Position numbers and translations under genes: made by a program. Shown here piece by piece: positions 48,222 through 57,958 of a stretch of 58,695 nt of DNA. Where the stretch lies: IMG/VR virus record IMGVR_UViG_3300034175_000127, positions 1-58,695 of that record; one strand, 5' to 3'. The DNA comes from a virus. Its lineage: Duplodnaviria > Caudoviricetes. The notes under the pieces were generated by a model. That model was given only the letters and a program-made list of their open reading frames with translations, searched no databases and was not told the DNA's origin. Position 1 is the first letter of the stretch. Each line of letters opens with the position of its first letter.

Positions 48222-48600
48222 AGTTAAGGTCAATAACATCAAGGGCTTGCCTGGGGTTCGCATCGCGTATTTTCGTTGTCCAGGCTGCGACGAAGTTCAC
48301 GGCGTTAATGTTGGGTTGGTCAACTTACATTGTCCGGTTGTCTGGCAATTCAATGAGGACGTAGAAAAACCGACGTTTTCCCCATCGCTCTTAATCCGTA
48401 GCGGTCATTTCGTTCCGGGCCAAGAAGGTCGCCAGTGTTGGTGTTCCTATGACTGGGAAGAGAAAGAACCTGTATTTTCGTGCTCTGTATGCCACTCTTT
48501 TGTGAACAACGGGCAAATCCAATTCTTGAGTGACTGCACTCACAAGCTCGCTGGCCAAACCGTCGAACTTCCCGACTGGGAGAAAAAATCATATGACTAA
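48214..48600 (+). CDS. DUF6527-like Cys/His-rich protein
   Basis: GTG start with AAGGAGG RBS; CPGC..H, WQFN...PTFSPSLL, CHSFV..GQIQFLSDCTH. Confidence 0.75.
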   Translation: MAKVKVNNIKGLPGVRIAYFRCPGCDEVHGVNVGLVNLHCPVVWQFNEDVEKPTFSPSLLIRSGHFVPGQEGRQCWCSYDWEEKEPVFSCSVCHSFVNNGQIQFLSDCTHKLAGQTVELPDWEKKSYD

Positions 48601-49966
48601 AATTGCAACTAAAACCCGCACTGGTGTTGTCTTCCGTCCCGGCAATTATCCCGATAAGGGCATCCCTGTCGTCACCGAAGCAGACATGGACGCAATCGTG
48701 GCCGCAAGCCGCGACTCTGTTGAATTCGACTCGGAGCATGGCCCTAGCCTTTTCGACGGTCTTCTCGGCAAGGCTAGGAACTTTCGCACAGGGACCGATG
48801 GCGGTCAAAAAGTCGTGTTCGCGGATTGGGATGAACCCGAACCCCTGGCACAACTGCTGGGAGATACGCCTCGCACGGTCAGTCCCGCTTTCGAGGATTG
48901 GAACACGCGCAAAATCACCAAGATTGCGCTTGCAAAGTTCCCGCGCATCACGGATGCCCAATTTTCGGCGGCCATTGCGGGCGCTTATACGGCGTTCAGT
49001 GAGGGCAAGCCGATTGTCCCTCTGGCTGTTAATTTCGCGTTTTATTCCAAGGATGAGCGCGATGTGATTGCGCTCGAAGATTTCGGTGACCCCGAGAACA
49101 AGCTATTTCCAGCTCGCACTCAGGACGAAGCGAACGAAGCGATGCGCCAACTGGTGCATGCCCAAGATCCAACCAAGGTCAAAGCCAATCTGCTCGCTAT
49201 TTGCGAGCGTAAAAAGTTCAAGGTGAGTGGCTACCCGCACGCGCGGCCCGGTGTGAGCACTGACATTCCAGCCGATTACTACAACTCGGATTACTACTTC
49301 TCAGCCTCGCCCGTTCACAACGCAAAAGGCCAACCCTATAATAATTCTGAGACTCAACAGGAGCAAAAACCGATGTCCCAACACAACGACAACAAAAACG
49401 AACCCAGCTTGTGGGATAAATTCTGCGCGTCACTCGGCTTGAATGAGCAGCAAAAGGCAACCGCCGCTGCGACGTTCACAGCCAAAACCCCGCGCGAAAT
49501 CGAACTCGAGGCCGAAAATGCGCGCCTCGCCGCGCAGGTTGCCACCAGCAATGGCACCAACTTTTCTGCGCAGAAAGCTACCCGCGATGAGCAGGCTAAA
49601 AATGCCGCTCAAAAGTTGCTGGATGAAAAGCGGATTTTGCCGCACCAGCTCGAACCCGTGCGCGCTGACTTTTCGCGCGCTCTTGAAGATGACGCGACCA
49701 GCCCGGTCAAAGTCGCTTTCAGCGTGACCGACGCGCAAGGCAACGCCAAAACCGTGGAGTGCACACGCTTTCAGTCGCTTCAAGCGGTCTATTCAGGTTT
49801 GCCCCCGCATGATCTCGAAACCGAGAAAGTGCGCGAGATGGCACCTGAAACGGTCGCGCTCTTTTCGCGCGAAGCGACTCGACAAGTCAATGCACAGACC
49901 TCAAAGGAAGAGGTTGATAAGGATGCTTATCAGCAGATGACGGGCAAAGAATACAAGCCCGAATAA
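48593..49966 (+). CDS. Prohead protease/scaffold with inserted DUF6582-like domain
   Basis: VFRPGNYPDKG, FDSEH, VSPAF, ALAKFPRI; insert DERD...DFGDPENKLFP...DPTKVKANL; helical C-terminus. Confidence 0.7.
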   Translation: MTKIATKTRTGVVFRPGNYPDKGIPVVTEADMDAIVAASRDSVEFDSEHGPSLFDGLLGKARNFRTGTDGGQKVVFADWDEPEPLAQLLGDTPRTVSPAFEDWNTRKITKIALAKFPRITDAQFSAAIAGAYTAFSEGKPIVPLAVNFAFYSKDERDVIALEDFGDPENKLFPARTQDEANEAMRQLVHAQDPTKVKANLLAICERKKFKVSGYPHARPGVSTDIPADYYNSDYYFSASPVHNAKGQPYNNSETQQEQKPMSQHNDNKNEPSLWDKFCASLGLNEQQKATAAATFTAKTPREIELEAENARLAAQVATSNGTNFSAQKATRDEQAKNAAQKLLDEKRILPHQLEPVRADFSRALEDDATSPVKVAFSVTDAQGNAKTVECTRFQSLQAVYSGLPPHDLETEKVREMAPETVALFSREATRQVNAQTSKEEVDKDAYQQMTGKEYKPE

Positions 49967-49991
49967 TCTATTCCATTTCAGGAGACCATAT

Positions 49992-50765
49992 ATGAACCGT
50001 CAAACTCACACATTTCTAAATCAGAGCCTTCAGCCGTATATGCGGCCTAGAGATGCACGCACTCAGGCTTGCGCTATGCTTGCTGCCGCTGCAACCTACC
50101 GCATGGGAGATCGGCTTGCACAAATCACCGCAGAAGGGGCTTCGAAGGGTAAGTGGACAAAAGCCGACATAGCTAAGGTTGTAGCTCCTCTTGCTGCTCC
50201 CGGACTTAGTGCTGCTGGTGCCGACGGCACTTTGGCGGCTGGCATCTATGCCCTTTGCTACACCTACAAGAACGCTAATGGAGAGACCACAATCTCGCCC
50301 GTCGCTACCGTCACAGTTGGAGCGACCAATCATATTACAGTTGCAGCTCTAACACCGCTCCCAGCCGGTGTGCTTTCGGTCAATCTCTACATGACTGACG
50401 CGGGCGGCAACGACTTACATTTCGTAGCCAATTACGACGGCGCTACTCGAAACATCCTCGCGCCTGTTCAGAGCGCGCAAGAACCGCCTTCTTCGAATAC
50501 CGCGTTTTTAAAATCGGATGGCACACAGAAGCCTTCGCGCCTCTGCGTCCGCGACTTCGTTACCGATGCTAATGGCGTGGTCTTTCACGGCGTTGAACCT
50601 CCTACAACTGGTCCTATTGCTTCCCCGGAAGATACGGCTATGGGTTTTGATAAGGGCTATTTTTTGTTGGCCGATTTCGTCAATGCCATGACTGATGATG
50701 AAATTGCTGCTATGGGTGCACAAAAAATTGGCGTCGGAGACAAAACCCACATCCAACTCAAGTAA
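49992..50765 (+). CDS. Head decoration protein with Ig/FN3-like insertion
   Basis: Position before the capsid gene; DGTQKP..L..DFVTDANG; insert YALCYTYKNANGETTISP. Confidence 0.65.
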   Translation: MNRQTHTFLNQSLQPYMRPRDARTQACAMLAAAATYRMGDRLAQITAEGASKGKWTKADIAKVVAPLAAPGLSAAGADGTLAAGIYALCYTYKNANGETTISPVATVTVGATNHITVAALTPLPAGVLSVNLYMTDAGGNDLHFVANYDGATRNILAPVQSAQEPPSSNTAFLKSDGTQKPSRLCVRDFVTDANGVVFHGVEPPTTGPIASPEDTAMGFDKGYFLLADFVNAMTDDEIAAMGAQKIGVGDKTHIQLK

Positions 50766-50808
50766 GCGGGCTAGTCCCGATTCCAACATCCATTACAGGA
50801 GAATTTAA

Positions 50809-51894
50809 GTGCCCGCACAATTTACTTACACAAATCCCGTTACTCTGCGCAAAATCGCGCGCGAACTGATCATTGGCCCTATTGAGGGACAGTGGATTTT
50901 CACGGAAGTCTTTCCGATTGAAAATATCGAAGCCACCGTGATGCGCTGGATCATTGAAGACAACATGTTTGGTCTTATGGCCATGCGTGGCGTCGGCGGC
51001 GAGCCAACCCGAATCAAAAACGTAGGCTCGACTGGTTACGAAGCCACTCCCGCGTACTTCGGTGAATTTGGCACCCTTGACGAGAATGAGATCCTTCGTC
51101 GTGCGATGCTAGTGGCAGGTGTTCCTGGAGAAGTTCCGATTTCGGTCAATGACCTGATTCAGAACTACTTTGACACGATGAAGGTGCATTATTACAACCG
51201 CCTCAAGCAGATGGCAGGCGACCTTCTCAATACGGGAACACTCACTATCACGTTGCCAGACGGTGCTCCTCTCACTTTGGGCCAATACACTCAGGTAACC
51301 GATAGTCCTGCCGTTCCTTATACGACATTAGGAACTGCTGCACCGATGAAGGAAGGCCAATTATTCCAGGCTCGTTATGGACGTGGCACCAGCGCCAAAT
51401 TCAATAACACGGCTACACGATGGATGAACGGACGCACTTTCACCCTCATCCAACTTAACACCAATGCCAACGACATTTACGGCAAAAAAAATGTCGGCGG
51501 TGATTCGTTAGTTTCACTCGAAGAATTCAACCGAGTGTTCGTCGCGGCTGGAGCTCCCCAAATTGGTATTGTTGATGATTTCTACCTCGACAACGCCGGT
51601 GAAACTGTGATGGATATTCCGGACGGTGTTGAATATGTTATTGGTTCGCGGCCTCAGAATGAAAAGCCTGGCGCTTTTATGCTTACAGCCAACGCTAATA
51701 ACCCCAACAACGCCTCAGGTGTTTATGCATTTGTTGATGATCGCACCAAAGGTCCCAATAAAACTGTTCCTCCTCGTATTGATGTTCATATGGGTTTCAA
51801 CGGTAACGCGGTTATCAAACGGCCAAAGCAAATCATCAAACGTGTTTTGGCTACCCCGGAAGATATGGATACCGTTTTGGGAGCCATTGAATAA
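50809..51894 (+). CDS. Major capsid protein (lambda gpE-like)
   Basis: 361 aa; AGGAG RBS; VFP, GLMAMRG, PAYFGE, IPDG motifs; follows the decoration gene. Confidence 0.8.
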   Translation: MPAQFTYTNPVTLRKIARELIIGPIEGQWIFTEVFPIENIEATVMRWIIEDNMFGLMAMRGVGGEPTRIKNVGSTGYEATPAYFGEFGTLDENEILRRAMLVAGVPGEVPISVNDLIQNYFDTMKVHYYNRLKQMAGDLLNTGTLTITLPDGAPLTLGQYTQVTDSPAVPYTTLGTAAPMKEGQLFQARYGRGTSAKFNNTATRWMNGRTFTLIQLNTNANDIYGKKNVGGDSLVSLEEFNRVFVAAGAPQIGIVDDFYLDNAGETVMDIPDGVEYVIGSRPQNEKPGAFMLTANANNPNNASGVYAFVDDRTKGPNKTVPPRIDVHMGFNGNAVIKRPKQIIKRVLATPEDMDTVLGAIE

Positions 51895-51921
51895 CCAAAC
51901 TTCTTTGGGGGATAAATTTAT

Positions 51922-52275
51922 ATGAATTTTCGCATTCTACATTCGCGGGCTGGTTCGTTCAAACAAGGCCAGATTGTGTCTGACAAACAAATCAAGCACA
52001 GTGGCGCTGACCTCACTTTCTGGAAGAAAATCAAGGCAGTCGAAGAAGTGACTGTTTTGACTCAATCCGAGATCGTTGAACAAAAACTTCCTGCTGAAAT
52101 CACTGATCCAGGAGCTGCAACGCGCGATGCATTAGATGCTGCAACGCGCACACAACAGGAAGCACTGGAGGCCGTTGCTGCTGCGGCTAAGCGTCGCAAG
52201 GAAAAGCCAGCTACAGGCACCGGTGACGACCAGAACCAGAGCGACGACAGCGCTGACACCGGCCAAAACGAGTAA
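51922..52275 (+). CDS. Hypothetical head-associated protein
   Basis: ORF directly after the capsid gene. Confidence 0.6.
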   Translation: MNFRILHSRAGSFKQGQIVSDKQIKHSGADLTFWKKIKAVEEVTVLTQSEIVEQKLPAEITDPGAATRDALDAATRTQQEALEAVAAAAKRRKEKPATGTGDDQNQSDDSADTGQNE

Positions 52276-52277
52276 CT

Positions 52278-52706
52278 ATGGCACTTGGAACTTATGATGA
52301 AAACCGCTGGAGCATTTTAGATGTTCTGCGCTCGCTCTTTACTGACATGGAAACGACGGAAGGCACAACCATTGTGCCGGACGCTGTTTTGTCGGACACG
52401 GTTTTCACTAAAGTTCTGGCCGAGAACGGCACCCGCGAGGGTGCCGCTCTTTTGGCTCAAATGTATTCGACTTTCTACGCTCAGCAAGCAATTTCTTATG
52501 CAGACCCGACCTTGAAAGTCACTTTCACAGACCGCTCTAAACATTACGCTGGTCTCGCTCAGCAAATCCGAAGCGGCCTTATCAATCTCGAAGCTCTCGC
52601 ATCAGGCGGGCGTGGTGTGCTTCTGGGCCGAAGCATCGTAGGCCGCGCCGATGCGGCTTATTTCGATGCAACTGGCGTTTGGCCAACGCCTTCCCTACTC
52701 GACTAA
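52278..52706 (+). CDS. Putative head-tail adaptor
   Basis: Position; LRSLFTD...LSD...AALLA...RSKHYAGLA. Confidence 0.6.
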   Translation: MALGTYDENRWSILDVLRSLFTDMETTEGTTIVPDAVLSDTVFTKVLAENGTREGAALLAQMYSTFYAQQAISYADPTLKVTFTDRSKHYAGLAQQIRSGLINLEALASGGRGVLLGRSIVGRADAAYFDATGVWPTPSLLD

Positions 52707-52888
52707 TGTTCAGACTTGAAGTAGAAAATCACCTCCGCGAAATCGCTCCTGTGGATGGATGGAAATGTTTTGAAGACACCGGGCGGCGAACTTACACAGT
52801 TTCTTTTAATGTTCCTACTTTCGTCGGTCGGGCTATCTGGAATCTGCAAAGTTTGCGTTGGAAGTTGATCGCAAAGTTTTCTCGCTAA
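52706..52888 (+). CDS. Small hypothetical protein
   Basis: ATG overlaps the upstream TAA; ends just before the next ATG. Confidence 0.4.
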   Translation: MFRLEVENHLREIAPVDGWKCFEDTGRRTYTVSFNVPTFVGRAIWNLQSLRWKLIAKFSR

Positions 52889-52889
52889 T

Positions 52890-53531
52890 ATGGCACGCAT
52901 TGGGATTTCGCTCAAACGCATCGAGAAGAGCCTCCGCAAAACGGTGGCTCCTGGCGTTGGAGATGACATTATCGAGGTCTGGCGTGGTAAAACAGGCAGC
53001 GTTGGAGCCCCAGGTGGAGCATTGCTGAACGAAATGGGCCGCACGGTGAGAACGAATGCTGCAACGCCAACAGCGGTAGGAATTGTTAAAGTCGCTGCAT
53101 ATTATGGTCGTTTCAGTCCAGGGCGCGCCGGCATGGAAGGCGATTTTGGCACACGCGCCAGCGTGACAGCGTTTACCTTTACTTTCAACGCTGGTGATGC
53201 GCCGAAAATTGAGAGCGATGATCGTTTGATCGTGGCTGTCAAGCGCGAGTTGAAACAGAAAATCGAGGATTTGGGTTGGCAATCGAACGCAATTTACAGC
53301 GTCGGAGCGCGCGAGCAACCTACTCAAAGCAATGGATTTTCTTACCTGCGAACATCTGGAACGGTGTCAGGTGCGGTTGAGCCGGTTTGGCCACGAGTGA
53401 AGGGCCAGATAGTGGTCGATGGTGATGGAGAGTGGAAATGTGAGGGTGAGCTTCCAGCTTATGGCGTGATTGATCCGGGCGGCATGGGAACCATTGCCGT
53501 CAATTACATTGTGACGGCGGAGCGTAAATAA
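52890..53531 (+). CDS. Head-closure-like protein with carbohydrate-binding-module-like insert
   Basis: Insert WQSNAIYSVG...SGAVEPVWP...VDGDGEWKC. Confidence 0.55.
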   Translation: MARIGISLKRIEKSLRKTVAPGVGDDIIEVWRGKTGSVGAPGGALLNEMGRTVRTNAATPTAVGIVKVAAYYGRFSPGRAGMEGDFGTRASVTAFTFTFNAGDAPKIESDDRLIVAVKRELKQKIEDLGWQSNAIYSVGAREQPTQSNGFSYLRTSGTVSGAVEPVWPRVKGQIVVDGDGEWKCEGELPAYGVIDPGGMGTIAVNYIVTAERK

Positions 53532-54074
53532 ATGAGCACTCATTTTATTATCGAGCGGGATAACCGCGAAGCCACTTATCACGCGATGGGCGAGGTTTAC
53601 GAAGAATCTCACGTAGATGCAGCCTGCACTCTACGTGGTGCCCTGCACGCTCACTTGCTTCAAGGCGGCAACCTGGGGCCGGAAACCGGAACAATGGCCG
53701 AAACGCTCTATGTTCAGACGCGCGATGAAAGTGACTATGACGAGCGGCGCGACGCGGCCAAAGATGCCTATTTGGGTGAAGAGTCTTTCTGGCGCGAAAT
53801 CGTGCGTGATGTATTGACGCAAGCGGCCTATACGGACGAGCATTTCGAAGAGCGCGCGATGGACGAGGAAGATTTGCCACGCGGCGCGCTGGCCGCAGTT
53901 GCGACGTTTTGGGCAGTTGGGTTTTGGTGGCAGATGGGGCATTTCAATTTGCTAACGCAGCAGTGGGAGCGGGTTTCATGGTTCATTGAACCAACGGCAC
54001 GTTGGGCACAAATGGAACTGGAGCGCTCCTTTGACAATTTCGAAGCGCGTGTGCAGCAAAAGGTGGGGTTATGA
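53532..54074 (+). CDS. Putative neck/tail completion protein
   Basis: Position; ETGTMAETL and QMGHFN motifs. Confidence 0.55.
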   Translation: MSTHFIIERDNREATYHAMGEVYEESHVDAACTLRGALHAHLLQGGNLGPETGTMAETLYVQTRDESDYDERRDAAKDAYLGEESFWREIVRDVLTQAAYTDEHFEERAMDEEDLPRGALAAVATFWAVGFWWQMGHFNLLTQQWERVSWFIEPTARWAQMELERSFDNFEARVQQKVGL

Positions 54075-54538
54075 GTCCAGTCGATGCACTGATTTTTGGC
54101 GTGATGCGCGTTTTATCGGAAAGTGAGGTTTTGGCCCTGCTTCCAATTTCAAGTGACCTACTGGGTTCTGATCATCCGCTTCCAGCGGGGTTAATCTCGG
54201 TTCATTCGGATGTGCCCTCGCACACAATGGGACCAACCGAGGCGTATCGTGTGATTCGGTTATCGGTGGAGTGGATCGGCGAGGATGCGGATGGCAAAGG
54301 CGCCGACGATATCACCGATCCGCTGAACGAACTGGCACGAGAGAAATTGTTTGTGGACGATGAAAACGAAACCGCGCAAGAGCGCCTAGCGCGGCACATG
54401 GAGCCAAAAGGTGTTGGTATCGGCATACCGATGGAAGTCGGGAGCATCCTGCCCTACACCAAAAAGCTAGGCAAGGACACAACCGAGTTTCGCCGCGCGC
54501 GAGGCTACTTTTTCGAGTTTCATACGGAGCGGATTTAA
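54071..54538 (+). CDS. Putative tail terminator
   Basis: Position and size, just before the tail-tube-like genes. Confidence 0.5.
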   Translation: MSPVDALIFGVMRVLSESEVLALLPISSDLLGSDHPLPAGLISVHSDVPSHTMGPTEAYRVIRLSVEWIGEDADGKGADDITDPLNELAREKLFVDDENETAQERLARHMEPKGVGIGIPMEVGSILPYTKKLGKDTTEFRRARGYFFEFHTERI

Positions 54539-54540
54539 CT

Positions 54541-56511
54541 ATGAAGAGATTTGATACCGCAGCTCGCGGTGCTGTTATGATCGGCGGGCGTGACAATACG
54601 CGTCACACCAAACGCTTTTCTTCGACTGAAACAATTGTTGCGGTCGATGATACGCATATGCAGCCTGAAGGCGACGCAATGAATTTCATTGCTGGCCTTG
54701 AAACGGCGGCCATTTCGATTTCTGGTTCTCTGCCCGTCTCGAAGGCATTGGTTGAACTGGAAATGCGTAAAGCTCTTGGCTTGATGCGTAATGCTGAGCC
54801 GCTATTGCTCGCGCCTTGGGGCACTGTCCCAGGTCATTATGCTGAGTTCTTGGACACGGAGCAAACCCGCTTTGGCTCTGATGGCCTGACACCGAGCATC
54901 ACGGCATATAACGCTGACTTCATCGGAACTGGCGGGCTGAAGCGCGGCACTATCTTGCACACGTCTCAGGGCACAGCGGGCGTGACTCAAAACGAGATTT
55001 ACGCAATTAATTTCGTGAGTGCTGACCCTAACCAGTTTTTTGGCGCGCGCGCTGTCGGCACAACGGAAGTTTTTGAGTTCACGACCTCAACAACTAACGC
55101 GCAGTGGAAAGCAGGTCTCGAAGCGCTCCCAGCGTATGCGGGACGCACTGTGACAGTCACGGGATCTTTAACCGGCATCTCACTCAAAAGCGGGATACGT
55201 CTGGCTGAGTTCTCAGGTGGTAGTGAAGTCCCTGCCATTGAGATTATCTCAGGCGCAGTGCGTCGTGCCCTTGTGATCGGTGGCGATGCTGACGCCGATT
55301 ACTCGTTTGGAGGCGGCGATGCTTTCGCGCTTGGTATTTCTCAGGCGGACTTTCAAGCCAACCAGCGCGCAACGGGTGGCGCATTTGGGAATGTTGTGGC
55401 AATTGGTAGCAGTGCAGCCAACAATGCAAGCGGCGAATTGCACAATTTAATTGCGACTAATGCGCTAGCCAACGCTACGATTTACGGCGATGTGACTGTA
55501 ACCCCTGGCATGACCGCAGATGCATTAGAAGATGCGATTCAGGCCAAGGGTGGCACGTATGCAAACCGAACGGTGTCAGGCTCCAGCACAGCGCCTGTCG
55601 CAAGCACTATTGTTGGTAGCGGTGCTGATTCTCAAATTGGGAATCGAACATTTACCTACGATGGCGGAAGCGACACCTTTCTTGGTGGAGAAGTATCGTC
55701 TCTGCCGACGGTGGCTTATTGGGATTCAGGCGACTTGCGCTGGAAAATTCGGCATGGCGCTCAAGTTTATTATTTGAACTCAGGAACACAATCAAAAGCA
55801 GCAGGGCCAACCCCTAACTGGACTGTTCACCCTGATTTAGCTTTCGGTCTTTTCGCTGCACCAACAACGGTCTATACGGCTGGAACCGGCTCAAATGGTT
55901 CCTACACCGTCACTATTCCGGCAGGACTTGGCGACGTGGCGAATTTGGCGGTTGTGGGTGATGGGTGGAGTGCAAACTCAACACCCCCAGCGCCCAAAAA
56001 CGGCACTCTCGATTTCAAAATTTACTTTCACGTTGGCGACAATCCCGGTATTAATTCCCATCCTGCATCTGGCACAGGAGCAACTAATACGACTTTGGTT
56101 GTTGCTGGAAGCATCGCCACAACAATTACTCCGGAAGTCACTCAGGCGGGCGGCACATTTACGGGCAACATCATCACGGGCGCCTTCAACGGCACCTGGG
56201 TTGATTTGGGCGCGATCACTGGCGACGACACCACCAACGATGGAGGTGCAGTCATCATCCAAGTGCCTTTCACCTCACCCAACTGCAACGCTACTGTTCG
56301 CGTCCAGCACGCGGATGACAATGGTTCTGGTGCTCCGGGTTCAGCGACATCGGTTGCTGTTTTCGATGTCATCACCCAAAACGGCGCGCAGTTCCTCATT
56401 ATTCCGCGCGGAACTATTTGCAAACAATGGGTGCGTGTCGCGATTTCGTCAGGCCAGATTACCGGCCAAATCGCTTTTACCGCGGCTATTTGCCGCAACT
56501 CAATCATTTAA
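54541..56511 (+). CDS. Tail-tube-like structural protein with large internal insertion
   Basis: N-terminal DDTH...FIAGLETAAISISG tube-like motif; C-terminal beta domain (VRVQHADDNG...WVRV). Confidence 0.55.
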   Translation: MKRFDTAARGAVMIGGRDNTRHTKRFSSTETIVAVDDTHMQPEGDAMNFIAGLETAAISISGSLPVSKALVELEMRKALGLMRNAEPLLLAPWGTVPGHYAEFLDTEQTRFGSDGLTPSITAYNADFIGTGGLKRGTILHTSQGTAGVTQNEIYAINFVSADPNQFFGARAVGTTEVFEFTTSTTNAQWKAGLEALPAYAGRTVTVTGSLTGISLKSGIRLAEFSGGSEVPAIEIISGAVRRALVIGGDADADYSFGGGDAFALGISQADFQANQRATGGAFGNVVAIGSSAANNASGELHNLIATNALANATIYGDVTVTPGMTADALEDAIQAKGGTYANRTVSGSSTAPVASTIVGSGADSQIGNRTFTYDGGSDTFLGGEVSSLPTVAYWDSGDLRWKIRHGAQVYYLNSGTQSKAAGPTPNWTVHPDLAFGLFAAPTTVYTAGTGSNGSYTVTIPAGLGDVANLAVVGDGWSANSTPPAPKNGTLDFKIYFHVGDNPGINSHPASGTGATNTTLVVAGSIATTITPEVTQAGGTFTGNIITGAFNGTWVDLGAITGDDTTNDGGAVIIQVPFTSPNCNATVRVQHADDNGSGAPGSATSVAVFDVITQNGAQFLIIPRGTICKQWVRVAISSGQITGQIAFTAAICRNSII

Positions 56512-56559
56512 TTTTCTTTCCCTCTTGGGATTCCACTTTTCAGAGGAGCATCTTCAACT

Positions 56560-57042
56560 ATGGCAGTCAAACACCAAATCGGCGCGGGCGGGCGCATCTA
56601 CATCGCCGCTGCTGCGGACCCTACCGCTGTTTCGCGCATTGCGAATCTCAATAAGAAGGACTTTGTTAAGTCCATCACCATCAACGAGTCAATTTCCAAC
56701 GACAATGTAACTACGATGAGCGCTGACGAAGACGGTTTTGCCGAGCGTTTCATCCAGGCACTTTCTAACGCCAACGGCACGATGGATGCGCTTTACGGCG
56801 CGCCAACGGGCGAATTCTTGCTGTTCATCAAAGCTATCAAAGAAGGCAATTTGCACACGCTGGGACGGGGTAAAACCAACCTCATATACGATCCTTTCGG
56901 TTCGGTGGCTGGCTACCTGTCTTTTTCGTGGACGATGCTTTTCACCCAAATCCCGCTCACTGGCGAATTGGGTCGTGCTGTTGGTGGCCAACTAGGGTTT
57001 CAAGTGGATGGACCAATCGCAGTGGGGACTGTCCCGGCTTAA
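56560..57042 (+). CDS. Major tail tube protein
   Basis: GAGGAG RBS; NVTTM...FIQALSNANGTM...FQVDGPI; precedes the chaperone gene. Confidence 0.7.
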   Translation: MAVKHQIGAGGRIYIAAAADPTAVSRIANLNKKDFVKSITINESISNDNVTTMSADEDGFAERFIQALSNANGTMDALYGAPTGEFLLFIKAIKEGNLHTLGRGKTNLIYDPFGSVAGYLSFSWTMLFTQIPLTGELGRAVGGQLGFQVDGPIAVGTVPA

Positions 57043-57058
57043 AACTCGTTAATCCGAT

Positions 57059-57101
57059 GAAAATGGCCCGGTTTTGCTTGCGCGATGCTGGGCCATTTTT
57101 T
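57059..57101 (+). terminator. Stem-loop after the tail tube gene
   Basis: AAAATGGCCCGG...CTGGGCCATTTTTT. Confidence 0.55.
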
Positions 57102-57115
57102 CACTTCATTCTCTC

Positions 57116-57912
57116 ATGCCTTCTAAACAAGCTATTCACGAAATTACAATCCCGGTTGCCGTTACCTACGGAAACCAAATCATCACGCTCGATGCCGCGT
57201 TAGAACGTCCCTTTTTGCAAAAAGACGAATGGAATGCGCTTCTCGAAGCTGCCCAGATCGCGCGCCGCGATTTGGCTTTTACGGTGATCGCGGTAGAAGA
57301 AATCGTGGACTTGCAAGAAGAGGTCACTGAGGCCGACAGGGAACGTCTCAAAGAACTCAAAGCCGAAATCAAAGTGATTCAAGATCGGATGCACCAAAAT
57401 CGCGCGGAGCGAATCGCGTTTTTGTGTCCGAGTTGGGATGTAACCGAAAACGATGAACCAGATAGCCCGCTCGTGCCCTGCACTCCTGAGAATCTATCGG
57501 ACTTCTCGGATGAACTGCTCGAAGCGATGCTGGATGAGCTGAAAAAAAAAACGGGCCTTTCGCTGACCCTGTAATCTATTACCAGCAGGTCGCATGGCTG
57601 GGATTTCTTGGCAAAGAAGATCCGGTTGAATACGGCGCCGCACTTCAAAGCGATGCTGCGAACGAAGAGCCAGGTTTTGACATTCCGATTCCGCTCGCAG
57701 GTTGGGCAAAGAACATCCAAAGCGTCGCAAGGTGGACGGACACGACCTGGTTTAAAGCGCGCGAATTAAGCGAACAAAACCCGTTTTTATTTGATTTCCT
57801 GTTGGGTTGTTCAAGTGTCGAGCGCGATGCAGAGCCAATTCAACTCAAGACCCTCAAGGCGCAGGCTGATGCTGATGCGAGCCACACTGAGGCTGCTAAC
57901 TCTGGCTGGTAA
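57116..57912 (+). CDS. Tail assembly chaperone G (57116-57574) with -1 frameshift extension GT (to 57912)
   Basis: A10 run at 57542-57551 near the G stop; the -1 frame is open (NGPFADPVIYYQ...NSGW) to TAA 57912, ending just before the tape measure. Confidence 0.8.
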
Positions 57913-57922
57913 AAGAAAGAAA

Positions 57923-57951
57923 AGACATTACGAAGCAGCTTCGTAATATCT
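57923..57951. repeat. Dispersed palindrome copy (AGACATTACGAAGC-A-GCTTCGTAATATCT)
   Basis: 29 bp with one arm mismatch, 7 nt before the tape-measure ATG. Confidence 0.9.
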
Positions 57952-57958
57952 CCCCATC

